Assembly (NCBI RefSeq): GCF_001194135.2
Contig: NC_068984.1
Location: forward strand, 129,052,189-129,116,188
Source: Octopus bimaculoides
Taxonomy: Eukaryota
Direction: 5' to 3'
DNA length: 64,000 nt
Positions within the stretch are counted from its first letter, which is position 1. The number at the start of each line of letters is the position of its first letter. Positions 14,197-26,791 of this stretch are shown here, one piece after another. The translations under genes were made by a program, and so were the position numbers. The notes under the pieces are model-generated. The model was given only the letters and a program-made list of their open reading frames with translations. It had not been told where the DNA came from and searched no databases.

Positions 14197-14200
<4 letters not shown>
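13935..14200 (-). mobile_element. R4/Dong-clade LINE 3' end fragment
   Basis: Minus translation KTETIPIIVGALGIIKKYSDKYITKIPGLTNIYNIQKIALLGTAHILRKTLSIQ*, followed by a 3' UTR and (AAT)n tail. (TAA)n lies on both sides. Confidence 0.85.
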
Positions 14201-14232
<32 letters not shown>

Positions 14233-14236
14233 ACTG

Positions 14237-14455
14237 AAGGCGGCGGACTGGCAGAATCGCTAGCACGCCAGGCAAAATCTTTAGTGGCATTCCATCCATG
14301 TTCTGAGTTCAAATTCCGTAGAGGTTGACCTTGCCTTTAATCCTTTCTGGGTCGATAAAGTAAGTACCAGTTAAGTGCTGGGGGTCGATGTATTCGACTC
14401 ATCTCCTCTCCGAAATTGTTGGCCTTGTGGCAAAATTTGAAACCATTATTATTAT
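14237..14455 (+). mobile_element. Family A SINE
   Basis: AAGGCGGCGGACTGGCAGAATCG...GAGTTCAAATTCC...(ATT)n tail. Confidence 0.85.
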
Positions 14456-15010
14456 TCTGTGACGAAAACTCAGCTTATTTTGCTGAGTATGATGGGAAGT
14501 GTCAGCTGCCCACAGCTGGCAGACTAAGGTGACACTTGTTTACTGTTCATGCTTCAAGAACTCTGCGAAGAATTCTTGCAGTTCCAAGTAATGCTGATTG
14601 TTGTAGGTGTTCTATTTTTACATTTGTACCAATCGTTTTGAACCATACTTCAAGCGCGCCAATTACTATTGGCATCACGTCTACTCTCCTCATTGACCAC
14701 AACCTTCGTATTTCCCACTTCAAACCGTCGTAGTTGCTCAGTTTGTCTTCTTTCTCTTTGATTCTTTTGTCACCGGAACATATTATGTCGATTATCATGC
14801 ATGTTCTTTCTCCTTTTTTTTTCACCACAACAATGTCCGGTTTCCGATGTCCGGTCAAGTTATGGCACTGAATTATTGCATCCCACAGGAATTTACAATT
14901 ATCATTCACGGTGACTCGTTCTGGGGTTTGCTCATACCACGGCTTTTCTTTTTGGAGTCCTTGATTTCCACAGAGCTCCCAATGGATCATTCTTGAGCAT
15001 GTTTACACTG
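14445..15010 (-). mobile_element. R4/Dong-clade LINE, REL endonuclease region plus 3' UTR
   Basis: ORF 14547-14990: IHWELC...WYEQTPERV...KFLWD...RKPDIVVVKKKGERTCMIIDI...LQQSALLGTARILRRVL, a PD..D restriction-like endonuclease of R4/Dong type. Confidence 0.9.
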
Positions 15011-15129
15011 CACTAACCTACTTAACTGTATACCTTGGATAGGTGCAATATTTTATTTGGGTTTTGTCTTTCCATTGTAATTAAAATACAATGAAAATAG
15101 AAGAGCAAGGAAAATGTAGAATATTTTCA

Positions 15130-15310
15130 GTACCCTACATAATAAACATGTGCAGTGCTTGGTAATGCTGTTTTCAATGTATGTTTTGTATATTTGTAAA
15201 TCTGATGGATTTGGGATAGTAATTTGTCTGCTTCATTCTTAATCATACCCAAGGCAGTTATTATTATAGTTCCAACATTCTTAATCATCTCCAAGGTAGG
15301 TATTACGTAT
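15130..15310 (-). mobile_element. Degenerate R4/Dong 3' end fragment
   Basis: VGTIIITALGMIKNEADKLLSQI...KTALPSTAHV is homologous to the C-terminus of the two neighbouring copies. Confidence 0.6.
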
Positions 15311-15634
15311 GGTGTTTCCAACATTCTAGTTAATTGTTTTTCTACATGCTTGGATATGACTACATTTCTTCTAAAGATACTTTTCGTGCTGCCTTACAAA
15401 TAGTGTCTCGAGGGATCAGATTTCTGAGGAACACTATCAAAAGCTTCCTTGTTTTCAAACTATATCATTCTCAAATCCTTCTTTCTTTTTATGTATTCTA
15501 CGGCTATAACTTTTTGAGCAGTAATTTACCTTTACTGTCACATATACTTATGCAGTACCCTCCACCTCTTCTAGAAACAGGTTTACCTTTTTCTTTGTAT
15601 GTATGTTTGCCATCTGCAATATTATAGCACTTGC

Positions 15635-15915
15635 AAGAGCTGGCAGAATCTTGAGCATGTTTGACGAAATGATTAGCAGTATTTCATCTATCTTTACGTT
15701 AATGCGGTGATCTGACAGAATCGTTAGCATGCCGGACACAATGCTTAACAGCATTTCATCTGTCTTTGGGTTTTGAGTTTAAATTCTACCGAGGCCGACT
15801 TTGCCTTTTATCTTTTCGGGATTGATAAAATAAGTACCAGTCGAGCACCGGGATCGATGTAATCGTCTTAACCCCTCCTCGAAATTGCTGGCCTCGTGCC
15901 AAAATTTGAAATCAA
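15635..15915 (+). mobile_element. Family A SINE with duplicated head
   Basis: Two GCAGAATC/ACAGAATCGTTAGC heads followed by the family A body. Confidence 0.75.
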
Positions 15916-18121
15916 TATCATAGCAGTCAAAGTTTTGTAAGTTATAAGAAGTCAACGCCTTTAGTGTTTATTGTTTCTTTAAATTTCGGATTCAAATGGT
16001 TTTCCGGACGTCTGCAAATTGAGTGTTGTCTTGAAGTATTTTAGTACTTTATTAAACACCCCCTGTTCTTTATTAAACACCCCCATTATGTGTCCTTTTT
16101 AAATATTTGAGCTTAAGTATTTGAGATCTTAATCCATGGTGCCTTCTAAATTGTTGCGCTTTTACGAAGTCTGAGTAACCTCTTGTATCGATATAGGCTT
16201 CCAAAACCGTGCCAGCATTATATTTCATCGTTTTAAACAATCGCGCCTATTGTGATTTTTTGCTATACATACCCACCCACTGTCACAATTCTTCTACATT
16301 TCTAGCTATTGGTGCTGCATTGATTTGTATTTTATTTGCTTTTCATTACCATGTTCTTGATAATCGTTTTATGCTGGAGTCGATGTGTTTGGTCTATTCA
16401 CAGAATCGTTGTCACTTTTCATACCAATAAAATCTTAGTGATTCTGAGAGGGTCTCTTGTTACGAGCATTCTTTGATTTCAGGGAATTCTTTATTCTTTT
16501 CTTCTTTTATATTTTTTGTTATATTTCAGTAATATTTTTCCCTCCTTTTCTTTAATCATGTCTTCTAGTTATTGATTTCATTAATAATCGACAGATCATT
16601 TCTTTTATTTATTTTTTTCAATATATCTCTTATTGTCATTATTGTTTCCCGTGTTTGCTTGGATATTCATAATTCTATTTTAGTAAATCCGAAAAAGTAC
16701 TCACTTTTCTTTATAAATATCGTTGCTGCTGCTTATATTATTTCATTTAACCCGATGGTATTTTTGATCATCTGTTTTCAAGTTCACGAACCCTAAGTTG
16801 GCGTCTTCTTTTTCTTTTTTGTTTTGCTGTTTTATTCGTTGGTGTTATATGAAGATCTGTTAATTATAATTCTTCCATTATTTCCATTTTTAGATTATCA
16901 TAATCATGATTTCCATGTTTAAAAAATTTCCTATTCATACATCTTCCTCACATTCGCTTTTATTTTGCATTTTGTTTGTGTTATTCTAGTTCAGTTGTGT
17001 TGTTCAATATTAAATGGATGTCTTAGTGTTTGGTTTTGCAGACTTTTGCTTAATTATTTACTTCGTTGGGACTATTTGCAGATATTTTGTCTATCTTCGT
17101 GATAATTCTTTTATATCTTTATTATGTTTTCTTTATTTGTTGGTTTTGAGAATTTATCATCCTAAATTAGTGTGTTATTACTTTCGGATCAGAGGTAACT
17201 TCTCTCCAACTTTTGTGCAATAATCGTATTGCTGTGTCGTGTTATATAAAGGCTGTACTCTATCATGCACATAGAATAGGCGATTACATCTATCTTAGTT
17301 TATCATTGAGTTATCTGTCACTGATCCAGGATAACACGGTGCGCTCAATTGTGAACCATGTTACGTTTATCATAAATTGATCTGTATTAACACAGGTCGG
17401 CAATAAGTGAAAGATTCTGCTTGTTATGATACCTTCCATGATTTTTTTCAGTTATATTTTTCAAATTATTTACTGATATATTATTAAATTATACTCTAGG
17501 CACCTGCGTGACCATAGGCGCAAGCGTTGCTATGTTGTAAGATGTTTACTTCTCAAACACATGAGTGCAGGTTCAGTTCCACTGCGTAGAGTCCGAAGCA
17601 AGCGTCTTCTATTATAGCTTCAAGCAGACCAAAACATTGTGAGTGGGTTTCGTAGACAGAAACTGAAAGATGTCCGTCGTATATATACGTGTGTGAGTGT
17701 GTGTGTGTGTGTGTGTGTCTGTGTGTGTGCGCGTGTGTTTGCGTATGTGTTTGTCCTCCCCCACCTCCCAGCACCATCGCACCACACCACACACCACTAC
17801 ACCATACACCACCACACCACACAACACATCACATAACAAACATACCACCACGCACACACCAGCACTGACTACTTCTCAGCCCCACATTTTCACACCTACA
17901 CATACACACACGCACACGTCAAGATCACCAGCCCTCTTCCACACGCACATACAAACTCTCTTATACACACGCACGCGCACCTTCATTTTGGGATCACCAC
18001 TACTTTATTATCTCTCCTTCTCCCTAGCTTTCCTGTGTGACCCTTCTGTTCGGCATTCGCCGTGATAGATCGCTAGCCACTACACATTCTTTATTTTCTC
18101 TCCTTGTTTCTTTCTGTGTTC

Positions 18122-18157
18122 CTTTCTGTGGAAGAGTGTAGGCTCGAAACGTTAAAG
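18122..18157 (+). ncRNA. Minimal type I hammerhead-like motif, A6U variant
   Basis: CUUU-CUGUGGA-A-GAGU(guag)GCUC-GAAA-CG-UU-AAAG. Stem I CUUU/AAAG, stem II GAGU/GCUC, palindromic AACGUU stem III. Confidence 0.55.
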
Positions 18158-18252
18158 ACTTTTTCACTTCCCGAGCGTTATACTAATACTGCTGTTTGTT
18201 GTCTACACGACCTGTCTTCGTCTTTTGTTTTTTGTGAATTCTCCCTATATAC

Positions 18253-18305
<53 letters not shown>

Positions 18306-19268
18306 TAGATAGATANNNNNNNNNNATAGGTAGGTAGGTAGGTAGGTAGGTAGGTAGGTAGATAGATAGATACATACATACATACATACATACATACATA
18401 CATACATACATCATACGGTATTTTCATTAACATGATATATAAATATAAACATCCTAACCTTTATCTTTATTCCTTTCGTGGTCGATAAAATAAGTACCAG
18501 CTGAACCTTGGAGTTTTCCCTACCCTCAGAATTGCTGTCTTTGTGCCAAAATTAGAATATGAATCAGTAATTTTACAGAGCTAAATTTCATCGACTACAG
18601 AAGAATCGACAGAAAATTGGCCATGAACTTCTGTGAGAAATCAATAATTATTGGTCTCAATATGAATATCATCAGCTGAGTAGAGAGGCTGCAGACTATC
18701 AAATGACAGGCAAATGTTGTAAATTTTACATGAGGTTTGTTTTATGACGATATTAGGAAGCAAGTTTGAAGTTGGTGAAAGTTTAATTGGAATGCTGCAT
18801 AAAATACTCCTTATTTGCAAATATATGGATTGCTTCTTCCTATAAATTTCTATACTTGCCACTATTCGTGCTGTATACGTTTTGTGTTTTCAATTTAATG
18901 GTTAAAACAGATGGTCTTTGACATTTAGGAAAAACTTCTGTTCATCTGTAAAAGTCAAGGTTATTTGTTTTCTCCGCTTTTAACTGAATTATCTATAAGA
19001 AGTAAAAAAAAAAAAGTCATAAAATGCAAAACTGACCTGGTTTGTTTTCCTTCCACATCGTAAATACAATTACATGCATCTGTCTCTGTTGCTGGCTTAG
19101 AATCACAATGAATCTGGTACAAATATCTGAATGAGAGATGCTGTCAGAAACACACCATAAAAATAATTCATTATAATCTGTTTCATAGTAGCTACACGGG
19201 GCGGTCTCATTCATTGAGTTGCCTTACATAAATGCTATATAAATGGTATATAAATGAGAGACTCTAGA

Positions 19269-19299
<31 letters not shown>

Positions 19300-19824
19300 A
19301 CTATATACAGACATAGGCATACATACTTAATTATTACAGTATACTGATATACAGACATATATGCACAAAGGATATGCTGATCATTAGTGTCGTCCTTATT
19401 TCCTTTCTCATAGAATTTGAATGTCTTGAACTTTCTGTTTAAACAGTCTATAATTATATCTTTTCTGTTCTTAAGAACGCCGTTGCCAGCCATAAGGATT
19501 TCCAGTACTTAAAAATAACCAGCAGCTAAGTCATTCCCCTTTATAGGCATCTGTTGTACATAGTATAGACCATTATAATTTATACTCTATACGTTTTGAT
19601 TTTAAATCACGTATATTTTCGGAAAGTGATTTGGCACAAGTGCTTTTGTGTAGGAAAAAGGATTTTTATGTGAAGGGAATGTTGTGTACAAGTGCGATGT
19701 TTTAATACACATTATATTTTACACTAAGATATCCACAGATTTAAAAATTGGAAAAACAACAACAAAAATAACCCAAACAAATTTAGAAGCATCTCCGCGT
19801 ATCTTTAGCTAAACAGAAAAAAAG

Positions 19825-20020
19825 GCCGGGCGAAATGCTTAGCAGTATTTCGTCTGCCGCTAAGTTCTGAGTTCAAATTCCGCCGAGGTCTCATCCTTTC
19901 GAGGTCGATTAAATAAGTACCAGTTACGCACTGGGGTCGATATTATCGACTTAATCCGTTTGTCTGTCCTTGTTTGTCCCCTCTGTGTGTAGCCGCTTGT
20001 GGGCAATAAAGAAATAAGAA
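19825..20020 (+). mobile_element. Family A SINE (AATAAAGAAATAAGAA tail type)
   Basis: Close match to 11630-11837. Confidence 0.85.
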
Positions 20021-20518
20021 AAAAAGGCATTCCAGGTAATTCAGCTGGTCAGTTCAGCAGTCTATACTGAGTTAATCAGTTGTCCATTTATTCCCAGTAA
20101 TCCTGCTAATCCGCGTATGTATCAAAGCTACAATTGGTANNNNNNNNNNNNNNNNNNNNNNNNNNNNNNNNNNNNNNNNNNNNNNNNNNNNNNNNNNNNN
20201 NNNNNNNNNNNNNNNNNNNNNNNNNNNNNNNNNNNNNNNNNNNNNNNNNNNNNNNNNNNNNNNNNNNNNNNNNNNNNNNNNNNNNNNNNNNNNNNNNNNN
20301 NNNNNNNNNNNNNNNNNNNNNNNNNNNNNNNNNNNNNNNNNNNNNNNNNNNNNNNNNNNNNNNNNNNNNNNNNNNNNNNNNNNNNNNNNNNNNNNNNNNN
20401 NNNNNNNNNNNNNNNNNNNNNNNNNNNNNNNNNNNNNNNNNNNNNNNNNNNNNNNATATGTACAGAGGCAAGTACACACAAAAGCAAGCACACACATTAT
20501 GACAGACAGACACACATG

Positions 20519-20575
<57 letters not shown>

Positions 20576-21412
20576 GTGTCTCTGTTTGCGTCTGTGTGTT
20601 TGTGTGTGTGTGTGTGTGTGCGTGTGCCTGCATGCACGTTGGTGTGGGTGTTCTTTGATATATAAAGCGATTATATTAATGTTTTCACTATCGTAGGAGG
20701 GAAATTAATAAAAACATGTCTGTGCGTGTTTTCTGCCGACAAGACCAGAACAAAGTAGATTTAGTTATTTCATGAAAATGTCGATTGGGTGGGTTTCAAT
20801 AAATATATTCTGCAGCCCAGCCCTACCTAACAAACATAGAACCGCCTAGCACCATCTAACATCATCCAGCATTACCTGACACCACCTGTAAATAAATACG
20901 GCGCTACCTAATTTAATGGATGTTCGTAGTCGCTTTACTTGCTGAAAATTGCAGTCAAATTTCCCTCATATCACAACGTTAGAAAAAGAAACGTTGGACA
21001 ATGTTGCCCTGATACACCTGAACATAGGAAGACAACGTGATGGTCACAGCTGGACCAACACGTCGGTCATCGATTATGATTTGCCTCTGGCTAAATAATA
21101 ACAAAAAACAATAACAATGACAATTGTTTTTGAGGAGATCCGCTCTGCAATCGCTCGACCTAATAAATATAGTGCCTAACATTCCCTCAATTCAGAGAAA
21201 GCTATCCTTAAAAAAGTTAGGAACATATTAATATATTCCTAAATATCCAGTCTCTATAAAAGGCGGAAAAACCTTATAAGGATTAACTTACATATGGGTA
21301 ATAACATCAACTGCCTAAGTAAGAAACTAATCAAGGAGTCACTGCATGGAGACTTCTTGATCTTCCTGCAATAGCAACTAAATCATCTTCGTATCTCAAT
21401 CTACGGGCTACG

Positions 21413-21486
<74 letters not shown>

Positions 21487-22179
21487 GTGTGTGTGTGTGT
21501 GCGTGTGTGTTTTACATGGCTTCCTAGATTGTTTGGAGTGAGAAGTGACGAAAACTTACTTCAAAATATAGAACTGATCCGGCAGTTTGCAACAGAGTTC
21601 CATTTAAGACACCTCACTAAACCAGATTGTGTATTAAACCAGGCGATGGATTAAGTCTATCACCAAAGATAAGATACGGTAAATCTGATGTGATGGATGG
21701 ATGGACTAGTAGCATAGGTAGATGAAGACGTTGAGCGCGGTATGGTCCGGACGACGCTTTTAGGAGGCGGTATTTTGGGTCTGCTGTATAAGACTGTTTA
21801 AGGGCCTGTGAGAGACACAAGAGCTACCCCGGGCGGCACCACACTCCAGCTACGTCACTGGGATGGCCGGATGAATCTCCATCACTCGATGATGACAATT
21901 CAGTTGTTGGATCAACAGAAACACTTATTCATTGAATTCATTTCTCAACAGTGTTAAACTGCTAAAGTCATTATAATGTTTAAGCTAACAAGAGCTTGTA
22001 TGCATGTGCTCACTTGACTTGTTAGATTAGAACTAACAGTCAAATCTTCCTCAAATTACACCCTACTGTCTATGTGTGCTTTGAGATATTCCCAAAAAGA
22101 ACTAGTTTATATATGTAAGTATGTGTGCGAGTGTGTGTGTGTCCGTGTGTGTATGTAACTATGTATGTATTTATGTATA

Positions 22180-22400
22180 TACAGTAATCCCTCGACTATC
22201 GCGGGTGTTCCGTTCCCAAACCCCCCGCGATAGATGAAACTCCGCGAAGTAGAAACAGTACTCTACAGTATATTTATTTTATTATTTTTATAATTTGCAT
22301 ATATTTATTTTATTATAAATGCAAGACAACGCCACAGAGGAACCGAGTAAGCTTAAATAATAAACCGCGATAGGTGAACTGTGATATGGCGTGAGATATC
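22180..22400. mobile_element. Tigger/pogo-like MITE
   Basis: Left end TA-CAGTAATCCCTCGACTATCGCGG, internal CCCGCGATAG/CCGCGATAGGTGAA subterminal repeats, decayed right TIR. Confidence 0.65.
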
Positions 22401-23653
22401 CATATCATAAGGCTGATGTAATGACATACGTCTTTTTGTGTGGTATTGTTGTCTTATATCTATATGTAGTGAGCTGAATAAATAGATATATAAATAGAGC
22501 CACTGTAATCGCAATATTGTGAATAGAGGTGACAAAAGATAGCTTATTGTTGTTAGCTCCAGGTCAGCCCTGATCAGACTTAAGATCGAAAACATTTCAG
22601 CTATCTGTAACCATTCTGTCACTCTCTAAGTAACTAAGTCTTCATTTCCCTATATACCCTCTCTTGTTTTTAAGACAACGTGGTGGGATTTAACGGTGTT
22701 TTGTTGCTATTTATAACATGTAGCGAGATCGCGTGAAGCTCTCATTGACTCGAGATATAAGGGATGTATATTGATTGCTTTGCTGAGAGATGAAGCAGAA
22801 AATGTTTCTGACGATGAATGCGGTTAAAAAACAGAAACAGTCATTGTTGATAATTAGTTGCACAGCGTTACACAAGGTCAACACCAAAACAAAACCTTTG
22901 TATATTTTGTTGGTGGGAAATACATCACAAAAAAATATTGCTTTTCCAAATTCCTAACTTTCGCTAACTGAATAACAGTAATAAAATATTTAGATTCCGT
23001 TTATCGCGTTGATATCAATATATAAATATTCATAAGAGCTATTGTCAAAGACCTATTGGGGTTGAGTAGCGTATTTCAGAAAGAAATAGAGTTTTATTAG
23101 TAATTTAGACTAAACATAATACAGTTAAAACTAACGATTTGTAGTTATTAAATGTCCAGTCATGTTTGTTTAGAAACTATAAATTTCAGTCATTAATATA
23201 AATGTCTGCCAAATGAATTATCAAACCAAATCATTGCATACGATGGCAACATAAGAGTTCTAGAAAGTCTTTTGTTAGTATTTTTTCTTATTAATGGTTA
23301 GCAATAGAAATATCGAAAAAGAATTTCAAGTGATTCTATTACAACATGAAGCAAACAAACAGCGTTTACAATTGCTTTTTACAAACTATTATTTTCTAAT
23401 TTATCGTGTTAACATTTGTCTAGTTACTGCATGATTTATGTCTTTCTATTGTTCTACTTCATAAATGAGTGTAGTTATAAATAAATCCATACTTCTGGCT
23501 CTTCATATTCCGATCTCAAATCCCGCCGAGATCAACTTTGCCTTTCATCATTTTGGTGTCGATAAAAACCAGGTGCCAGTCAAGTGCTGACGTCGATGCA
23601 ATCGACTAACCCATTTGCCTCAAAACTAATCGACCTATGCCTAAATCAGAAAC

Positions 23654-23697
<44 letters not shown>

Positions 23698-23789
23698 TGC
23701 ACACACACATACATACACACACACACACACTCACTCTCTCACTCACTCACATGTAGATAGACATACACATATGAAAGGCAAAATAAGAA

Positions 23790-24425
23790 GGTTCCCTGAC
23801 CAGGCCTAAATAGGTATACCTGTACTCTAGTAAATGATGTCTCAAATAATATTTACTTTTGAGTACCCTACTCTTCCAAATAGTTCGCTTTAACTCGTAC
23901 ACAACAAGGCTGCCGCATCTTCCTCGCTTCAAAAGGATTGTGGGAATTGTCTCTGGTTGTGTATGACACGCTCCCTTCTCGATTTTCATAGTGTCCGATA
24001 CTATCTCGTTAACGTGGTCTGTATATACCTACAGTATCTTTGTATATACCAGTTCGAGAGAGATGTCTTCAAACGCTGTAGCTTCCGCAGCAATGGCTCT
24101 AACACCAAAATATACAAGAGCGAGGATTGAAAACATCCTTGACGAATTAAAAATAAATCGAAACGGTTCTTTGCAGATGATCATTTATTCCGATCACCGA
24201 GTGGATGTTGCAACACAGTAGAACCAATAAGCATTAGAAAACGAAATAAAACTAGCTACGCTAAGGACGGCGGCCAAGTGCTGATGGTCTTTCCTATCGA
24301 ATGCTTTAGATTGATCTAAGTTTATTAGAGACTCACCGATGTCGGCTTTATTACACACCGTAATGCATCGAATCTCGTAAAAAGATCTGCCGAGATTAAT
24401 AGCTAAAATATCAATGGCGGTAAAA
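23790..24425 (-). mobile_element. Tx1/L1-clade LINE reverse transcriptase fragment (decayed)
   Basis: Minus-strand frames give LINLDQSKAFDRKDHQHLAAVL, IRQGCFQSSLLYILVLEPLLRKL and VYTDHVNEIVSD (a decayed YADD motif). Confidence 0.85.
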
Positions 24426-25812
24426 TTTCACGAAATAGTGTTTAATTTGACTTTAATCAATGTTAAAGGAATTTAAGAGAATTAAATGAGATTATTAAGG
24501 CAAGCATGATTAATAATTAAAGTGGTTAAATAAAGACGATTGGCAATAAAAGAAAATCCAACATGATTTGTATGACCTTCACAAACAATATGTAATTATA
24601 CATATGTAAATTCTATTTCATTGGTTTTGCCAATTTATGAACACAGTTCATGGATTGTTGATCGTTACATACGATATTAGTCACAATTATGTTCAATAAA
24701 AAACATTTTTTTTTATAAAACAAATGACACTTATTTAATTATTACTTTAGTCATTTCTTTTAAACAATTATTTTCAGTCTGACTATATGCGTGTGTGCGT
24801 GTGTGTGTGTGTGTGTGATAAATAAAGTAGTTTTAGAGCCATTTGGTGTATTCTTCTAGCATGTGGCATTACTCGGTAGATGCCCCTATTATAATTTTAT
24901 AATTATATTTATGAAATCAAATACTTTGTATTAATTTTTTTACTTAAATTGGCTTTTACATGCTAGCTACTTGATAAAATCCTATATAGGTTTTTATCCT
25001 GGATTATAATTGATAAACCAAGTTTATTCGCTGCTGAATTATTTTGGTTATTCTCACGTGGCTGAGATGAACGAACTAGATTTAACTTTTATATAAGCGT
25101 GAACATTTGTATATGCACCGTGAATACATCGTGTTCGTATGGTATATATAAATGTTTATAATTATGTACATATACATACATCTGCATAGTTATGCATGTA
25201 TGTTTGATGTATATATGTATGTGTTTGTGTGTATATAAAGGAATTATGTATATAAATAAAAATATATAAATTACTTTCAGCATATATCAAGCATCCCTGT
25301 TTCTATTGGCGTAAACATGGCGGTTTTTCAGATAATGAAAATCTGTTATTAATTTCGGGCGTAAAATTGAAAATTTAGTTAAAACATATTCTTGAATGAA
25401 TGAATGGTTTTGTTTAGAACTGCTGAATTTTAAAAATGTCTTTGCACATTATTTATTTATCAACATTGAAGTGTTACTAAAGTATATTCATAGATAAACT
25501 CATAAACCCAACTTTTTTCCAATAATCTATAAAACCAAATTTAATCTATGTATTTCAATTAAGTAAAAGAACAGTTTGTATTTCAAGTAGCAGGTATTCT
25601 ATGCTTTCCTTGTAATATATTTCTTACTGGGAGAATAAAGCAGATTCTTTCTAGATATACTGGCAATCTTCAGTTCTTGAGAGTTGAATATATAGATTAG
25701 GGACCATAATAGGAAAAAGAAAGACAAATATGTCTGCAATCGCTAGACGCATTAAAGAACTAAAGAAAACGCATGCGCCCGCACATGCCTACATGCAAGC
25801 ATAAGCATATAT

Positions 25813-25852
<40 letters not shown>

Positions 25853-25857
25853 GTATG

Positions 25858-25905
<48 letters not shown>

Positions 25906-26680
25906 TATATATATACACACACATATATATACACCCACTTATAAATATACAAATAAAGAAGATAATTGGATTCAGAGAATCCAACAGAAATTACAATAAG
26001 AACCCCTGCAAGAAATCGGCTAGCTGTTCCAATGGTAATCACATTACGATATAGTTTAACTTTTCCATGCAACCGAAAATTCAGGACATACAAGTAGTAT
26101 TGTCTTCAGGAGAAAATTATAATAAAAATCAGGAGGTATGTATGAAAGATGAATAGTTTCATTATTTCCATATGATTACAGCTGTTTCGTAATTTTCCCA
26201 TTCAACATTATATACGTACATTTTACATCAATATGCATTGTATAATGCATCTGTATACTTCCATAATGATATATAAGAGAGAAATTTAACTCATCTGAAC
26301 AAAAATACCGGAACGTGAAGATTTCATCCAGAATTTAACTTTGGTTTTTGATCAGATGAGTAAGTTTTTTCATGTTGATATACAACTCTATGTGTATATG
26401 ATGCAAAATGTACGTTGAGAAAATAACAAAGCAGTTGTAATCACATGGAAATCATATGGAACTAATAGATCTGAATTCATTTCTAATACCACCTCTTTAT
26501 ATTAATACATGTATGCATATTATATATATATATATAAGGTAAACAGAGTTAGCTCCACGCTGCAAGATAGTATGACTTTAACACATTGAGCATTCTGGCC
26601 TCTTCTCGAGGCCCTGTTCTTTTCTATTCTTTTCTATTCCCTCTTCCCTTCATTTATTTTATTTTACGCATTTGTATTCA

Positions 26681-26791
26681 CTCTGATGATGTTCCATGTA
26701 CTAGATTGAATGTGCTACGAAGATGACGAATATTATTTTCGAAATTCTTTCGTAAGCACCAACTAATACTGGAAGCGGAAACGGCCGTAAG
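26681..26791 (+). ncRNA. Type I hammerhead motif with greatly extended stem II
   Basis: Canonical CUGAUGA (26683-26689) and GAAAC-GGCC-GUA (26778-26789). The ~88 nt between them fold as nested stems UUCCA/UGGAA, UACUAG/CUAAUA, GUGCUACGAAG/CUUUCGUAAGCAC and CGAA/UUCG. Stem I is only 2 clear bp. Confidence 0.6.

Noticed and set aside
14237-14455. Hypothesis that family A SINEs are mobilised by the Dong LINE
   Set aside because: The SINE tail is (ATT)n in its sense strand while the Dong tail is (AAT)n, and no shared 3' sequence was seen.
16200-17330. Strand-biased, coding-like stretch, possibly a Penelope or other RT fossil
   Set aside because: Only a faint LRFY-G..RP echo across frameshifts, with no convincing motif.
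26172-26215. Minus-strand GAAAC-AGCT-GTA, a hammerhead-like 3' half
   Set aside because: The palindromic stem III is present, but the upstream core (AUGUUGAA) and stem II are too degenerate to support a call.
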